Shown here in pieces: positions 51,168 through 60,217 of a DNA stretch of 64,000 nt. The position numbers and the translations under genes are program-made. Location of the stretch: NCBI GenBank assembly GCA_030688365.1, contig JAUYIE010000020.1, positions 16,337-80,336 of the forward strand, read 5' to 3'. This DNA comes from a bacterium. GTDB taxonomy: Bacteria > Patescibacteriota > Patescibacteriia > JACQRZ01. Below the pieces are notes generated by a model. It saw only the letters and a list, made by a program, of their open reading frames with translations, was not told the origin of the DNA and made no database searches. Positions within the stretch are counted from its first letter, which is position 1; every line of letters begins with the position of its first letter.

Positions 51168-51799
51168 GAATATCACCTATGCCATCAAATTCTAAAAAAA
51201 CTACTTTCTCTATTATTCCAGCTATTTTAGCTCATTCTAGGGCTGAATTTCTGGAAAAGCTTGAAATTATAAGGAAAAGCAGTCCAAAGCCGAAATTATT
51301 GCAGATAGATGTTGTGGATGGCAAATTTGTTGATAATACGACATGGGGCACGCCTGCTCAAATAAAGGCGCTACAGCTCGATATCCCGTTTGAGGCGCAT
51401 TTGATGGTAAATAATCCTGAAAAGGCGTATAAACGCTGGATTACGGCTGGTGCGAACCGTGTGGTGTTTCATTATGAAGCTACCAAAGATCCAATCGGAC
51501 TTGCGAAAGGGATAAGAATAGCCGGTGCGAAGCCGATAATGGCGATAAATCCGGAGACAAACATTAACATTGACCCATTGATTTTTAAGGTTATAAATGG
51601 TATCCTTGTTATGGATATTCACCCTGGTTTTGGGGGTCAGAAGATGTTGCCGGGGACGTTTAAAAAGATTCGCGCACTTCGCAAAGCTCATCCACATCTC
51701 AAGATAGAAGTAGACGGTGGAGTGAACGCAAAAAACATGCAAAAACTTATTGACGCCGGCGCAAACGAGCTGGTTATCGGAAGCGCATATTATTCATAA
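51164..51799 (+). CDS. rpe: ribulose-phosphate 3-epimerase
   Basis: DVVDG.FV.N, EAHLMV, FH.E, PGFGGQ, EVDGGVN. Confidence 0.93.
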   Translation: MRISPMPSNSKKTTFSIIPAILAHSRAEFLEKLEIIRKSSPKPKLLQIDVVDGKFVDNTTWGTPAQIKALQLDIPFEAHLMVNNPEKAYKRWITAGANRVVFHYEATKDPIGLAKGIRIAGAKPIMAINPETNINIDPLIFKVINGILVMDIHPGFGGQKMLPGTFKKIRALRKAHPHLKIEVDGGVNAKNMQKLIDAGANELVIGSAYYS

Positions 51800-51807
51800 A
51801 GAACAAT

Positions 51808-52896
51808 ATGAAAGAAGTCATGAATGTGTTGTTCAGCAATGAACAACCGAAAGAAAATAGAAGGTCAGTAGACACAGAAGAATTACGTATTTTACCAGAA
51901 AGTGTGAGATCTTCTTTTACCAAATTGCCCGATTCTTTACAAAATAAAATATTTCAAAAATTAGGGATAGACAAATCAGAAAAAACGTCGGCGACTCTTG
52001 AAAGGAATCTTGAAGAGATTATTACTGGTCTTGATGAGAAAGCAAGGGAAGAATTTATGAGACATTGCTTAGATGAAGTTTTTGATAAAGGGAAATTGGA
52101 TATTATTTTTGAGGAGGCTGATGAGAACACAACACAAATAGAGACCAAAAGATTATTGGATACATTTTGGCAAAATAGAGGAAAAGGGGACGATATATGT
52201 ATTTTAAACAAAGAATACTATGAACATTTTTTTGAAACTCGACAGGAGATCACAGAAAAGATTTCTCGACAGAGAGAAGAAATTAAAATGTTAAAACAAA
52301 GTATTTCTGTTACTGGGAAACAGAAGAGGATAACTGAAAAGAAAACTGAAGAAATGTGGAATTTGGAAAAAGATCTCAGATTAATGATTTCTGAACTGGA
52401 GACATTTGACAAGGAAAATAAAAATTCTGATTCTGATCATCGTGGTGCGGGTGATGTGGCGTATCGAAGAAAATGGGAAAAAGAATGGACCAAAGCCACA
52501 GCCATTACATGTGAATATCTATCTCCAGATGAATTTGCTACGATGGTGGTTGAAAAGCTAGAGAGTAAATTTTCATTTGATATTTCAATTGAAAAAATTA
52601 AACTTAATCGTTTTAGTAGTATGGGATCTGAAATACATGTTATGGAAATACAAAAAAAGATTGAGACCATGAAAAAAACAGTTGATAGCTGGTATGAAGC
52701 ACATGAAACCGATGAACTGTTTAAGAAACCACTTGAAGAAAAGGTAGAAAAGAAGCAAGAGAAATTGATTGAATATCTTGGCGCTCTTATTAGCTCATAT
52801 CGCAAATCAAAACAAATGAATATTGAGGACGGAGATTTGATTACGACTATTCGTCAAATGGAAATTTCTTTATTTATGCTTGGAAAGGGTAAATAG
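51808..52896 (+). CDS. hypothetical charged helical protein
   Basis: 362-aa E/K-rich ORF within the operon. Confidence 0.7.
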   Translation: MKEVMNVLFSNEQPKENRRSVDTEELRILPESVRSSFTKLPDSLQNKIFQKLGIDKSEKTSATLERNLEEIITGLDEKAREEFMRHCLDEVFDKGKLDIIFEEADENTTQIETKRLLDTFWQNRGKGDDICILNKEYYEHFFETRQEITEKISRQREEIKMLKQSISVTGKQKRITEKKTEEMWNLEKDLRLMISELETFDKENKNSDSDHRGAGDVAYRRKWEKEWTKATAITCEYLSPDEFATMVVEKLESKFSFDISIEKIKLNRFSSMGSEIHVMEIQKKIETMKKTVDSWYEAHETDELFKKPLEEKVEKKQEKLIEYLGALISSYRKSKQMNIEDGDLITTIRQMEISLFMLGKGK

Positions 52897-52901
52897 CTCT
52901 T

Positions 52902-53609
52902 ATGAAAAAAATCTCGGTTATCATCCCCGCGTACAACGAAGAACAATATATAGCAGACACGCTTGACGCGCTTTCACGTCAGGATTTTAATCGTGAAGAT
53001 TTTGAAATCATTGTAGTTGATAATGCGAGTACCGATCTTACCAGTAGTATTGCACGCGTCCATGGTGCTGATGAGGTAATTTTTGAATCAAGAAAAGGTA
53101 CAAATCGCGCGCGACAAACAGGAGTGGAACAAAGCAACGGAGAGATCGTTGCTTTTTTGGATGCTGATTGTGAGCCGGGGGATCAGTGGCTCTCGCGCAT
53201 TTGGGAATATTTTCAACAAGACAGACGACGATTGGTTGCCGTTGCCGGGCCGTATGACTATACGGATGATCCGCGATTACATTTTATGATATTTCAACGC
53301 ATGGCATGGCATGTCGTTTTTCCGTTTATGAGTCTTTTGATGGGGCGCGTGTTTAGACGCGGGGGAGTGATGCTGGGAGGAAACTTTGCGACACAACGAA
53401 AAACATTGAACGCGCTCAATGGACTTGATACCTCGTATGAATTTTTTGGTGATGACGCCAGTATTGCGCGACGTTTCGGTACGCTCGGATATGTGAAGCT
53501 TGATTCTTCATTGTCGGTAGAGAGTTCCGCACGCCGTTACCAACGCGAAGGATTTATCCGTACCAACTGGAACTATACCCGCAACTATTTCAAGGTGATG
53601 ATGAGGTAA
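52902..53609 (+). CDS. GT2 glycosyltransferase
   Basis: VIIPAYNEE, VDNASTD, FLDAD, SSARR. Confidence 0.92.
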   Translation: MKKISVIIPAYNEEQYIADTLDALSRQDFNREDFEIIVVDNASTDLTSSIARVHGADEVIFESRKGTNRARQTGVEQSNGEIVAFLDADCEPGDQWLSRIWEYFQQDRRRLVAVAGPYDYTDDPRLHFMIFQRMAWHVVFPFMSLLMGRVFRRGGVMLGGNFATQRKTLNALNGLDTSYEFFGDDASIARRFGTLGYVKLDSSLSVESSARRYQREGFIRTNWNYTRNYFKVMMR

Positions 53610-53730
53610 GTCTTTTGATTCTGTACTTGTATGTACAGGATAATATACTCCTATAGTGCACGCCCTATTGCGCTATCTTCTTAAATCATATATTATATAT
53701 AGGTAGGGATTACTACTTTATTACCTTTAT

Positions 53731-55029
53731 ATGATGAAAGATGAATTATTGGGCATATTGAATGAGTGGAACTTTTGGAATCAAAAGCGTGATGTTGGGA
53801 TTAAACGCCCTTTTTATCTTGAAAAAATGAAGGATTTTAGCCAGACAGGGCAAGTGGTGGTGCTTTCAGGGGCGCGTCGTTCCGGAAAATCTACTTTAAT
53901 GCTCCAATATACGGCGGATCTCATTGCTGGTGGGTTGGATGCAAAAAATACCTTGTATATTAATTTTGAAGATTCTCGTTTTTCCGGTGAGCTTACCTTG
54001 GCGTTATTGCAACAGATATATGATGTATATAGAGCAGAACTGGCACCGGATACTCCGAATATTTTTATTGACGAAATACAACTTATTCCCGGGTGGGAGC
54101 GTTTTGTACGAGCGATACATGAACGTAAGGAAGCGACGCTGTTTGTGTCAGGATCCAATGCTCAAATGTTGAGCGATGAATTTGGTGCTTCGCTGACAGG
54201 ACGGCATCTTATGATAGAAGTTTTCCCTCTTGATTTTTCTGAATTTTTAGCATTTCATGATATATATCTTAAGAATAATCTTGAGATTGTTTCCAAAAAA
54301 GGCATTATACAGAAATTTTTTGAAGAATATCTGTTATTTGGCGGATTTCCTAAGGTAGTTCTTTCGCAAGAAAAACAAGAAATACTTCGTCAGTATTTTG
54401 ATGATGTGCTCGCACGCGATATCGTAGGTCGCTATCATGTACGTAATACTGTCACGCTCAAGGCACTCGCTCAATACTACGAAACAAACATATCCTCCTT
54501 GATGACATACAGTAGTGTTCGTAAGTTTTTGAAGACTCCGCTTGCGACTGTGCAACGATTTTCCGGATACTATACCTATGCGTATTTGATTTTCTTTGTA
54601 AAAAAGTTTGCCTATTCTCTTAAGGAACAAGAAGTGAATCCGCGCAAAGTGTATAGTATTGATACTGGCTTACGTAATGCGGTGAGTGGGGGGATGATAC
54701 CTGATAAAGGAAAGTTGTATGAGAATTGTGTGTACCTTGAGCTGTTGCGGAAACATGGCAATAATGTTTTTTATTGGAGTGATAAAGTGGAATGCGATTT
54801 TGTGGTTAAAGAATCCGATGGTATGCACGCCTATCAAGTCGTATATGCTATGTCGCATGCGAGCACCCGAGAGCGGGAATTTGCCGGCCTTGCCTCAGCG
54901 CTCAAAAGTTTTGACCTTAAAGAAGGGGTCATTGTTACCGGAGAGGAAGAAGGGTTGGAAGAATATGATGGGAAGATAATACATCTTGTGCCGTTGTGGA
55001 AATGGCTGTTGGGGTTTCCTGTCTCTTGA
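53731..55029 (+). CDS. AAA+ ATPase with DUF4143 (AAA_14 family)
   Basis: GARRSGKST, FIDEIQ, GGFP, K.Y.IDTG, ECDFV. Confidence 0.9.
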   Translation: MMKDELLGILNEWNFWNQKRDVGIKRPFYLEKMKDFSQTGQVVVLSGARRSGKSTLMLQYTADLIAGGLDAKNTLYINFEDSRFSGELTLALLQQIYDVYRAELAPDTPNIFIDEIQLIPGWERFVRAIHERKEATLFVSGSNAQMLSDEFGASLTGRHLMIEVFPLDFSEFLAFHDIYLKNNLEIVSKKGIIQKFFEEYLLFGGFPKVVLSQEKQEILRQYFDDVLARDIVGRYHVRNTVTLKALAQYYETNISSLMTYSSVRKFLKTPLATVQRFSGYYTYAYLIFFVKKFAYSLKEQEVNPRKVYSIDTGLRNAVSGGMIPDKGKLYENCVYLELLRKHGNNVFYWSDKVECDFVVKESDGMHAYQVVYAMSHASTREREFAGLASALKSFDLKEGVIVTGEEEGLEEYDGKIIHLVPLWKWLLGFPVS

Positions 55030-55066
55030 CACATCTTTTCATATATGATACAATAATGTCATATAT

Positions 55067-55702
55067 ATGAAAAGTAAGAAAAATCTCTTGGAACAATTAA
55101 AAACACTTCCGCACTTCAATAAAGATGTGATTTTTCAGCTGGGTACACATCTTGGACTTGAAGATTCCACTATTGATACCTATATCAGCCGATTTTTAAA
55201 AAATAGAGAGATCTATCGGCTCAAAAACGGACTGTATATATCCGCTGATTTTTTTGAAAAGAACAGGAACGATATTTCGTATTCGTTTTATGTGGCCAAT
55301 ATCTTGCGTACGCCATCATATGTCAGTTCGTGGACGGCGTTGCAGTATTTCAATCTCACGACAGAGGCGATACATGGGATTACTTGCGTGACGCCAAAAG
55401 TAACACGAGACTATCAGACACAGGTGGAAAATTTCAGTTATCAGTCTATAGACAAAAAACTGTTTTCCGGATTTTCGTTGGGAACGGGGACATTTGATTT
55501 TTTTATTGCCTCTCCCGCAAAAGCTTTGTTTGACTTGCTGTATTTCAAGACGTATCAGTTTCGCGGTGTGACATTAAAACAGATACCGACATTGATTGAA
55601 GAATTACGCATTGACTTTGATGAGATGGACAAGAAAGAACAGAAAATTTTTTATAAAATGATTAAAAAGAGGATTTTGAAGTGGACGAAAAAGAGAAGGT
55701 AA
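55067..55702 (+). CDS. AbiEi-like type IV TA antitoxin
   Basis: RLKNGLY, PSYVS...AL..F.L, A.P.KAL.D.LY. Confidence 0.75.
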   Translation: MKSKKNLLEQLKTLPHFNKDVIFQLGTHLGLEDSTIDTYISRFLKNREIYRLKNGLYISADFFEKNRNDISYSFYVANILRTPSYVSSWTALQYFNLTTEAIHGITCVTPKVTRDYQTQVENFSYQSIDKKLFSGFSLGTGTFDFFIASPAKALFDLLYFKTYQFRGVTLKQIPTLIEELRIDFDEMDKKEQKIFYKMIKKRILKWTKKRR

Positions 55703-55770
55703 AAGCAATATGTCTGCGTTGTTATCTTGCGAGTTGGATGATTTGCTGAAGTAGCTCTATATATCCCTCC

Positions 55771-56772
55771 TCAAATCTCCCTCTCAAACTCTTTGAATCT
55801 TGATCCTGTGTATGTTTTCGCGAGTTTACGATATTTTTCGTACAGTGTGTTGTCTGAAATCGTACTTGGATCAAGCGTTGGAGCATTTTTGAAATAAAAA
55901 GGATCATCCCTATCTTCCATCCAGTATATGATTTGTGCTACCAAATCATCTTTGTGGTGCGCCAGAATACCTTCTTTTGTCTCATCTGTGGTCACAATGC
56001 CCAGCTCTAGTAGTTTGTTATAAAATCTTTCAGCCAGTTCATCTCCCATTTCATATGATTTGTCTACGGCAATAGCAAGATCAAATAGCCGGACATGATC
56101 AAATTCCCATTGCCAATCTTTGATGCCATCAATTGTTCCATTGCCATACATCGCTTCAAACTCCACTTGCAATCGCAACGCCTTCATGACTAATTTTGAT
56201 CGTAGACCTTGCTCTCCCTTTGAATAACTATACCACCAGTTGCCTTTGTACTCTGTGGGGCGGATAATTTTATTTTTTAGATCGTTTATGGCCTCTGGGG
56301 TTGCGATGATTTCTTCGTCTAGAATCAATACTTCATTTAACACAAAGTCGCGAGATAAAAAATATTCTGATAATGATTCTTTGCGAATACCGTGGCCTTG
56401 CGCGCTGTCATTGGACATATATCGTTGCTCAAGCATGTCTATCACAGCGGGATTTGGGTGAGCGTTTATGTCTGTAATGACAACAATATCAACATCACGC
56501 GGTTTTAAAACTTTGTTACCCAACAGCCGAAGTGCAACATTTCGCGCGACACCTCCCGCGATACCATAGCCCTTGGGTAGCTCTATTGGTAATTTTTCTT
56601 CAAGGGGTATATGTACGAGGGTACGCATGTTTTCTGTGCCATGTTCTTTGTCGTCAATGGGGATGCGCTGTATGGTATATACCAAGTCATGTTTATCCAA
56701 TATTTCTTTAACCCCATCGCTTAATTCAGGGGAAACAAATGTTTCGGTTGGGATTGTTTCAAATTTTTCCAT
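55771..56772 (-). CDS. divergent class II (CCA/polyA polymerase head) nucleotidyltransferase
   Basis: GGVARN, RDVDIV, SRDFVLN, IRP...KALRL. Confidence 0.65.
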   Translation of the reverse strand: MEKFETIPTETFVSPELSDGVKEILDKHDLVYTIQRIPIDDKEHGTENMRTLVHIPLEEKLPIELPKGYGIAGGVARNVALRLLGNKVLKPRDVDIVVITDINAHPNPAVIDMLEQRYMSNDSAQGHGIRKESLSEYFLSRDFVLNEVLILDEEIIATPEAINDLKNKIIRPTEYKGNWWYSYSKGEQGLRSKLVMKALRLQVEFEAMYGNGTIDGIKDWQWEFDHVRLFDLAIAVDKSYEMGDELAERFYNKLLELGIVTTDETKEGILAHHKDDLVAQIIYWMEDRDDPFYFKNAPTLDPSTISDNTLYEKYRKLAKTYTGSRFKEFEREI

Positions 56773-56800
56773 AGCGATACATCAGTAAATAGTGTTTTTT

Positions 56801-58033
56801 CTACTGCAACGATTGCACATACTTCATCGCTTCCTCTTTGGTAGAAAGTGAGCGCGAAAGTGCGAGGGTTTCTACCTGTTCCAAGATTTCCTTGAACTTC
56901 GGTCCCGGTTTTATGCCAAGACTATGGAGATCGGTGCCGGTGATTAAGGGGAGTTTTGGCAAGGGATTTGTCTGGAGATCTTCTATGATTTTTTGAAAAC
57001 CTATTGTCTCCGGCGAGCCAGTACCAAATCTCACTTTCGCAAGTGCGAGGATTGCTTGTTGATTATTTTTTACTGCAAGTCGGCGCAAGGCAATCTCGTC
57101 CAGTGAAGACAACGCCTCAATATTTTTTACAATATCGTTAATATCAGTAATCTCTTTGTTGGAAAGTTTTATTGTTTTGCCGAGTGTCGTCACCTCTTGG
57201 TCAGCCATGATAATCGCCCACGTAGTCATGGCTGGCGCATCGGACGTGGATTCCAGTCGGGTGAGTTGTTCCTTCATTTCCGGGTTGATATCTAACCATG
57301 GCAATAAAAGTGGTAACAGGCCACATTCTTTCATAAGTTGAAGACCATGAAGGGGCATGGAAGTCGCAAGCATTTTTCTGATTTCATTGGTTGAACGTTC
57401 TTGTTTCAGGGTTAGTGCGTTATCGTGGTGCGTTTTTATTGCGTCATAGAGCGACGGATCAATATCAAAATCAAACTGGCAGGCAAATCGTATCGCACGA
57501 ATCAGCCATAATGCATCTCCCGCTTTTGTCGGGTCATTCGTAGCACGAATAATGCCCGCTTTGATATCATCCATTCCGCCCACGAGATCAATGACCTCTT
57601 TGGTAAGCGGATCAATCAAGAGCGCGTTCATGGTGAAATCGCGCCGTGCTACATCTTCCTCTTTGGTGGATGAAAATGCTCCGCCATCCCCCCGATATGT
57701 AGAGACCTCGTAGCAGTCCCCATTCAATAAAACTCTGACCATGCCGTATTCAGCGGCTTGCATCACTGTTCTGGGAAACAGTTTGGCGACTTGTTCTGGT
57801 AGCGCGTTTGTCGTCATATCAAAATCTTTTGGTTCCACGCCAAGAACCATGTCGCGGACGCAACCGCCAGCGAGATATGCCTCATACCCTGAATCGCGGA
57901 GATTCTGCGCCACATTCCGCGCGCCTTCAAAAAATTTATTTTCCGGCAGTGTGAGTGCCTCTTTATTAGCTATTTGTTCGTTGCTTGCGTCCCCAAGACG
58001 AAATTGAGAGCGTTCCATGTGTTGTTCAGGCAT
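56801..58033 (-). CDS. CCA-adding-like class II nucleotidyltransferase with altered template motif
   Basis: GGCVRD, KDFD, ED..RRDFTMNA, RAIRF, ER...E..K, ITG.DL...G.KPGP. Confidence 0.85.
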   Translation of the reverse strand: MPEQHMERSQFRLGDASNEQIANKEALTLPENKFFEGARNVAQNLRDSGYEAYLAGGCVRDMVLGVEPKDFDMTTNALPEQVAKLFPRTVMQAAEYGMVRVLLNGDCYEVSTYRGDGGAFSSTKEEDVARRDFTMNALLIDPLTKEVIDLVGGMDDIKAGIIRATNDPTKAGDALWLIRAIRFACQFDFDIDPSLYDAIKTHHDNALTLKQERSTNEIRKMLATSMPLHGLQLMKECGLLPLLLPWLDINPEMKEQLTRLESTSDAPAMTTWAIIMADQEVTTLGKTIKLSNKEITDINDIVKNIEALSSLDEIALRRLAVKNNQQAILALAKVRFGTGSPETIGFQKIIEDLQTNPLPKLPLITGTDLHSLGIKPGPKFKEILEQVETLALSRSLSTKEEAMKYVQSLQ

Positions 58034-58102
58034 AATAAAGACGGTGAAGTTATAATACTGTTTAGTATGTCATGTATTGTGAAAAAGGAAAATGAAGAAA
58101 AG

Positions 58103-58135
58103 AAAAAAGCCCGCTGACATTATTTGTCGCGGGGC
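58103..58135 (-). terminator. intrinsic terminator downstream of hammerhead cassette B
   Basis: minus strand GCCCCGCGACA-AATAA-TGTCAGCGGGC followed by T6. Confidence 0.7.
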
Positions 58136-58144
58136 ATTTCTATA

Positions 58145-58198
58145 ATTACGATGATAGAGTGTACACTACTTGCCTGGTATACACTCAAGCGTCGCAAC
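58145..58198 (-). ncRNA. rod RNA motif with GGCAAG loop, copy B
   Basis: GTTGCGA-5-GAGTGTATAC-CA-GGCAAG-TA-GTGTACACTC-5-TCGTAAT. Confidence 0.75.
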
Positions 58199-58224
58199 GA
58201 TAGGGGAGAATATGTTTTATACTT

Positions 58225-58275
58225 CCTGTTTCATCCTTTCGGAATCATCAGCACGGATACACATCCGTGAACAGG
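58225..58275 (-). ncRNA. type III hammerhead ribozyme B
   Basis: CCTGT-T^CACGGAT-GTGT-ATCCGTG-CTGATGA-TTCC-GAAA-GGAT-GAA-ACAGG; GUU triplet, U10.1-U11.1 variant. Confidence 0.88.
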
Positions 58276-58542
58276 TGGGGGAGTTTCGATTATGAAACTC
58301 CCCAAACTTGTTTATTCTTTGGACGTATTCCTTTCGATCCAAAGCTTTTTTTGTTCCTCCTTTCTTGCTTGTTCGAGGTTTAGAATGTCCTCTTTTAAAT
58401 TCGGAAGTGGTTTTGTTTACAGTGCACTATGAATAAACTGGTGGTTGTATATATTGTAGTGGAATAGACTTTTCATTGTGGTATAGACACCCCAAATGGA
58501 ATGGTGATATACTTTGAGTGATTTACTATTATCTATATATAT

Positions 58543-58899
58543 ATGGAAAAAGGAGGAGGATCGTTTGAAAATACGCCGGAACAGCCAAAAACAGAATTTG
58601 AAAAGGCTAAAGAAGAGGTTTCCGCAGTAGCGACAGACTGGGAATATATAAGCGAAATAGAAAAGATGTCCAGACAAGAATTATCACGAGGTGAATCACC
58701 AAAAAAAGTAGCCGACGATATTTATAGAATTTGCAGACAAGAATCTATAGAAATAGAGAAAGAGATTCATCTGCTAGAAACGAAACTTGAGGATAAGCAA
58801 TTTGACGGAGTCCGCGAACCTCTTGTTGAAGTCCTTGCTAAGATACAAAATGAGATAAATAAACTTGAAAGAGATGAACGAAATGGATCTAATCCGTAA
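58543..58899 (+). CDS. hypothetical acidic helical protein
   Basis: 118-aa ORF followed by a hairpin at 58932-58955. Confidence 0.65.
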   Translation: MEKGGGSFENTPEQPKTEFEKAKEEVSAVATDWEYISEIEKMSRQELSRGESPKKVADDIYRICRQESIEIEKEIHLLETKLEDKQFDGVREPLVEVLAKIQNEINKLERDERNGSNP

Positions 58900-58971
58900 T
58901 TGATTTTAAAGATTCAATAATTTTTATATAAAAATGGTCCCTTTGGGGGCCATTTATGTTGGGTTGTTTTT

Positions 58972-59436
58972 CTAATAACTTTTTCCGGATTGTAGTACTA
59001 TTTGTCTGATAAACAACATGCCGGTGGCAGTATCTCCGGCGTATAGACGTGCTTCAATACTGTTTAGCAGACTTCTGATGTCAAGTCCGTACCAGTATTG
59101 GGCTTTGTCGAACACATCTTTGCCAGAACAATTGCATTGTTCTTGAAATTGGAACAACTTTGCGGAAATTTTGAACTTTGAATGGTATTCGTGCATCAAA
59201 CTCGCTATGTCTTTTCCCGCTATCCGATGGTTAGTGAGTACTGACAAAATCTGATCGGCTTCATTACTGGTGTATGTTGAGGGTTGTGTGTCAATAGGAA
59301 TCCCCTCAATTACCAGGCCATCTTGTGAAGACATAATAGTTATCTTCCCAAAAGACGTGAATACCGTTGCTTTTTTCTTCTCATAATCTATGCACGGCGC
59401 TCTTTCCTTTGCGCCATCTTGTTGTAATGAACACAT
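58972..59436 (-). CDS. hypothetical protein
   Basis: AAGGAG RBS and TTGACA upstream. Confidence 0.65.
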   Translation of the reverse strand: MCSLQQDGAKERAPCIDYEKKKATVFTSFGKITIMSSQDGLVIEGIPIDTQPSTYTSNEADQILSVLTNHRIAGKDIASLMHEYHSKFKISAKLFQFQEQCNCSGKDVFDKAQYWYGLDIRSLLNSIEARLYAGDTATGMLFIRQIVLQSGKSY

Positions 59437-59574
59437 TTTTTTTCTCCTTTTTTAATAACAAAGGTTTACATTAACCTTTATGGCAATCACTTTGGCATAT
59501 TTGACCGGTTTTGTCAAGAATATCTGGGTAAAAGAAAAAAGCTCAAACAGTGCAATTGACTGTTCGAGCTTAAA

Positions 59575-59955
59575 TTAATCGGTGTTCTGCCTCTGTGCAT
59601 CCGTGCCAAGGTCTTCAAGTTCCAGAACCATACGCTTCACTCTCTTGAAACCAAGAAAGCGGTACATACGGTCTTTTACTCTCCAGTCGCAGAGCTTTGG
59701 GTCGGTGACCGTCTCTGCTTCTGAATACAGTGGCCTTAGACCAAGATCGCATAAGCGGGCGAGTACGCTATACGGTGCGACGACAATGCAGTCGTTGTAA
59801 CCGCCTTCGCGTATCCGCCGTACGATTGTCTCCGCGCTATTCCAGACACGATGGTCTTCGAAGACTTTGACATCTTCTCCGAACATTCTTTTCAACGCGC
59901 CCATTTGGACGCCATTCATGCTGTGCTGTGATACCCAGCATATTCTTTTTGGCAT
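59575..59955 (-). CDS. small Rossmann-like protein, possibly Csx15/Csx16/Csx20-related
   Basis: AAGGAGG RBS; N-terminal WVSQH.M...Q..AL, IVVAP; terminator at 59535-59570. Confidence 0.6.
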   Translation of the reverse strand: MPKRICWVSQHSMNGVQMGALKRMFGEDVKVFEDHRVWNSAETIVRRIREGGYNDCIVVAPYSVLARLCDLGLRPLYSEAETVTDPKLCDWRVKDRMYRFLGFKRVKRMVLELEDLGTDAQRQNTD

Positions 59956-59984
59956 AATACCTCCTTTACTCTGTGCCACAGAGT

Positions 59985-60046
59985 ATTTATTGCTACAGTC
60001 GAGCATGCATCACTTGCCTGACACATACTCAAATCTAGCAACAAAT
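59985..60046 (-). ncRNA. rod RNA motif with GGCAAG loop, copy A
   Basis: ATTTGTTGCTA-5-GAGTATGTGT-CA-GGCAAG-TG-ATGCATGCTC-5-TAGCAATAAAT. Confidence 0.75.
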
Positions 60047-60052
60047 GTGGAA

Positions 60053-60105
60053 TCTTATTTCGTCCTTTCGGACTCATCAGTGGAAGTACACACTTCCAGA
60101 TAAGA
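60053..60105 (-). ncRNA. type III hammerhead ribozyme A
   Basis: TCTTAT-C^TGGAAGT-GTGT-ACTTCCA-CTGATGA-GTCC-GAAA-GGAC-GAA-ATAAGA; canonical core, AUC triplet. Confidence 0.95.
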
Positions 60106-60217
60106 GAGATCATTTTAATTGATCTCAATTTTTTTGCCCTGTAAAAAAGAACTATGATTTGGCAAGCGTGATACCTACCGATGGGAGCCGTTTTGATTTT
60201 GGCTCCGCGTGTAAAAA

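Noticed and set aside
58270-60098. retrozyme- or Obelisk-like circular RNA released between the two hammerheads
   Set aside because: The interval contains terminators, an internal promoter and an opposite-strand gene, with no global rod-like self-complementarity seen; it cannot be fully excluded without junction reads
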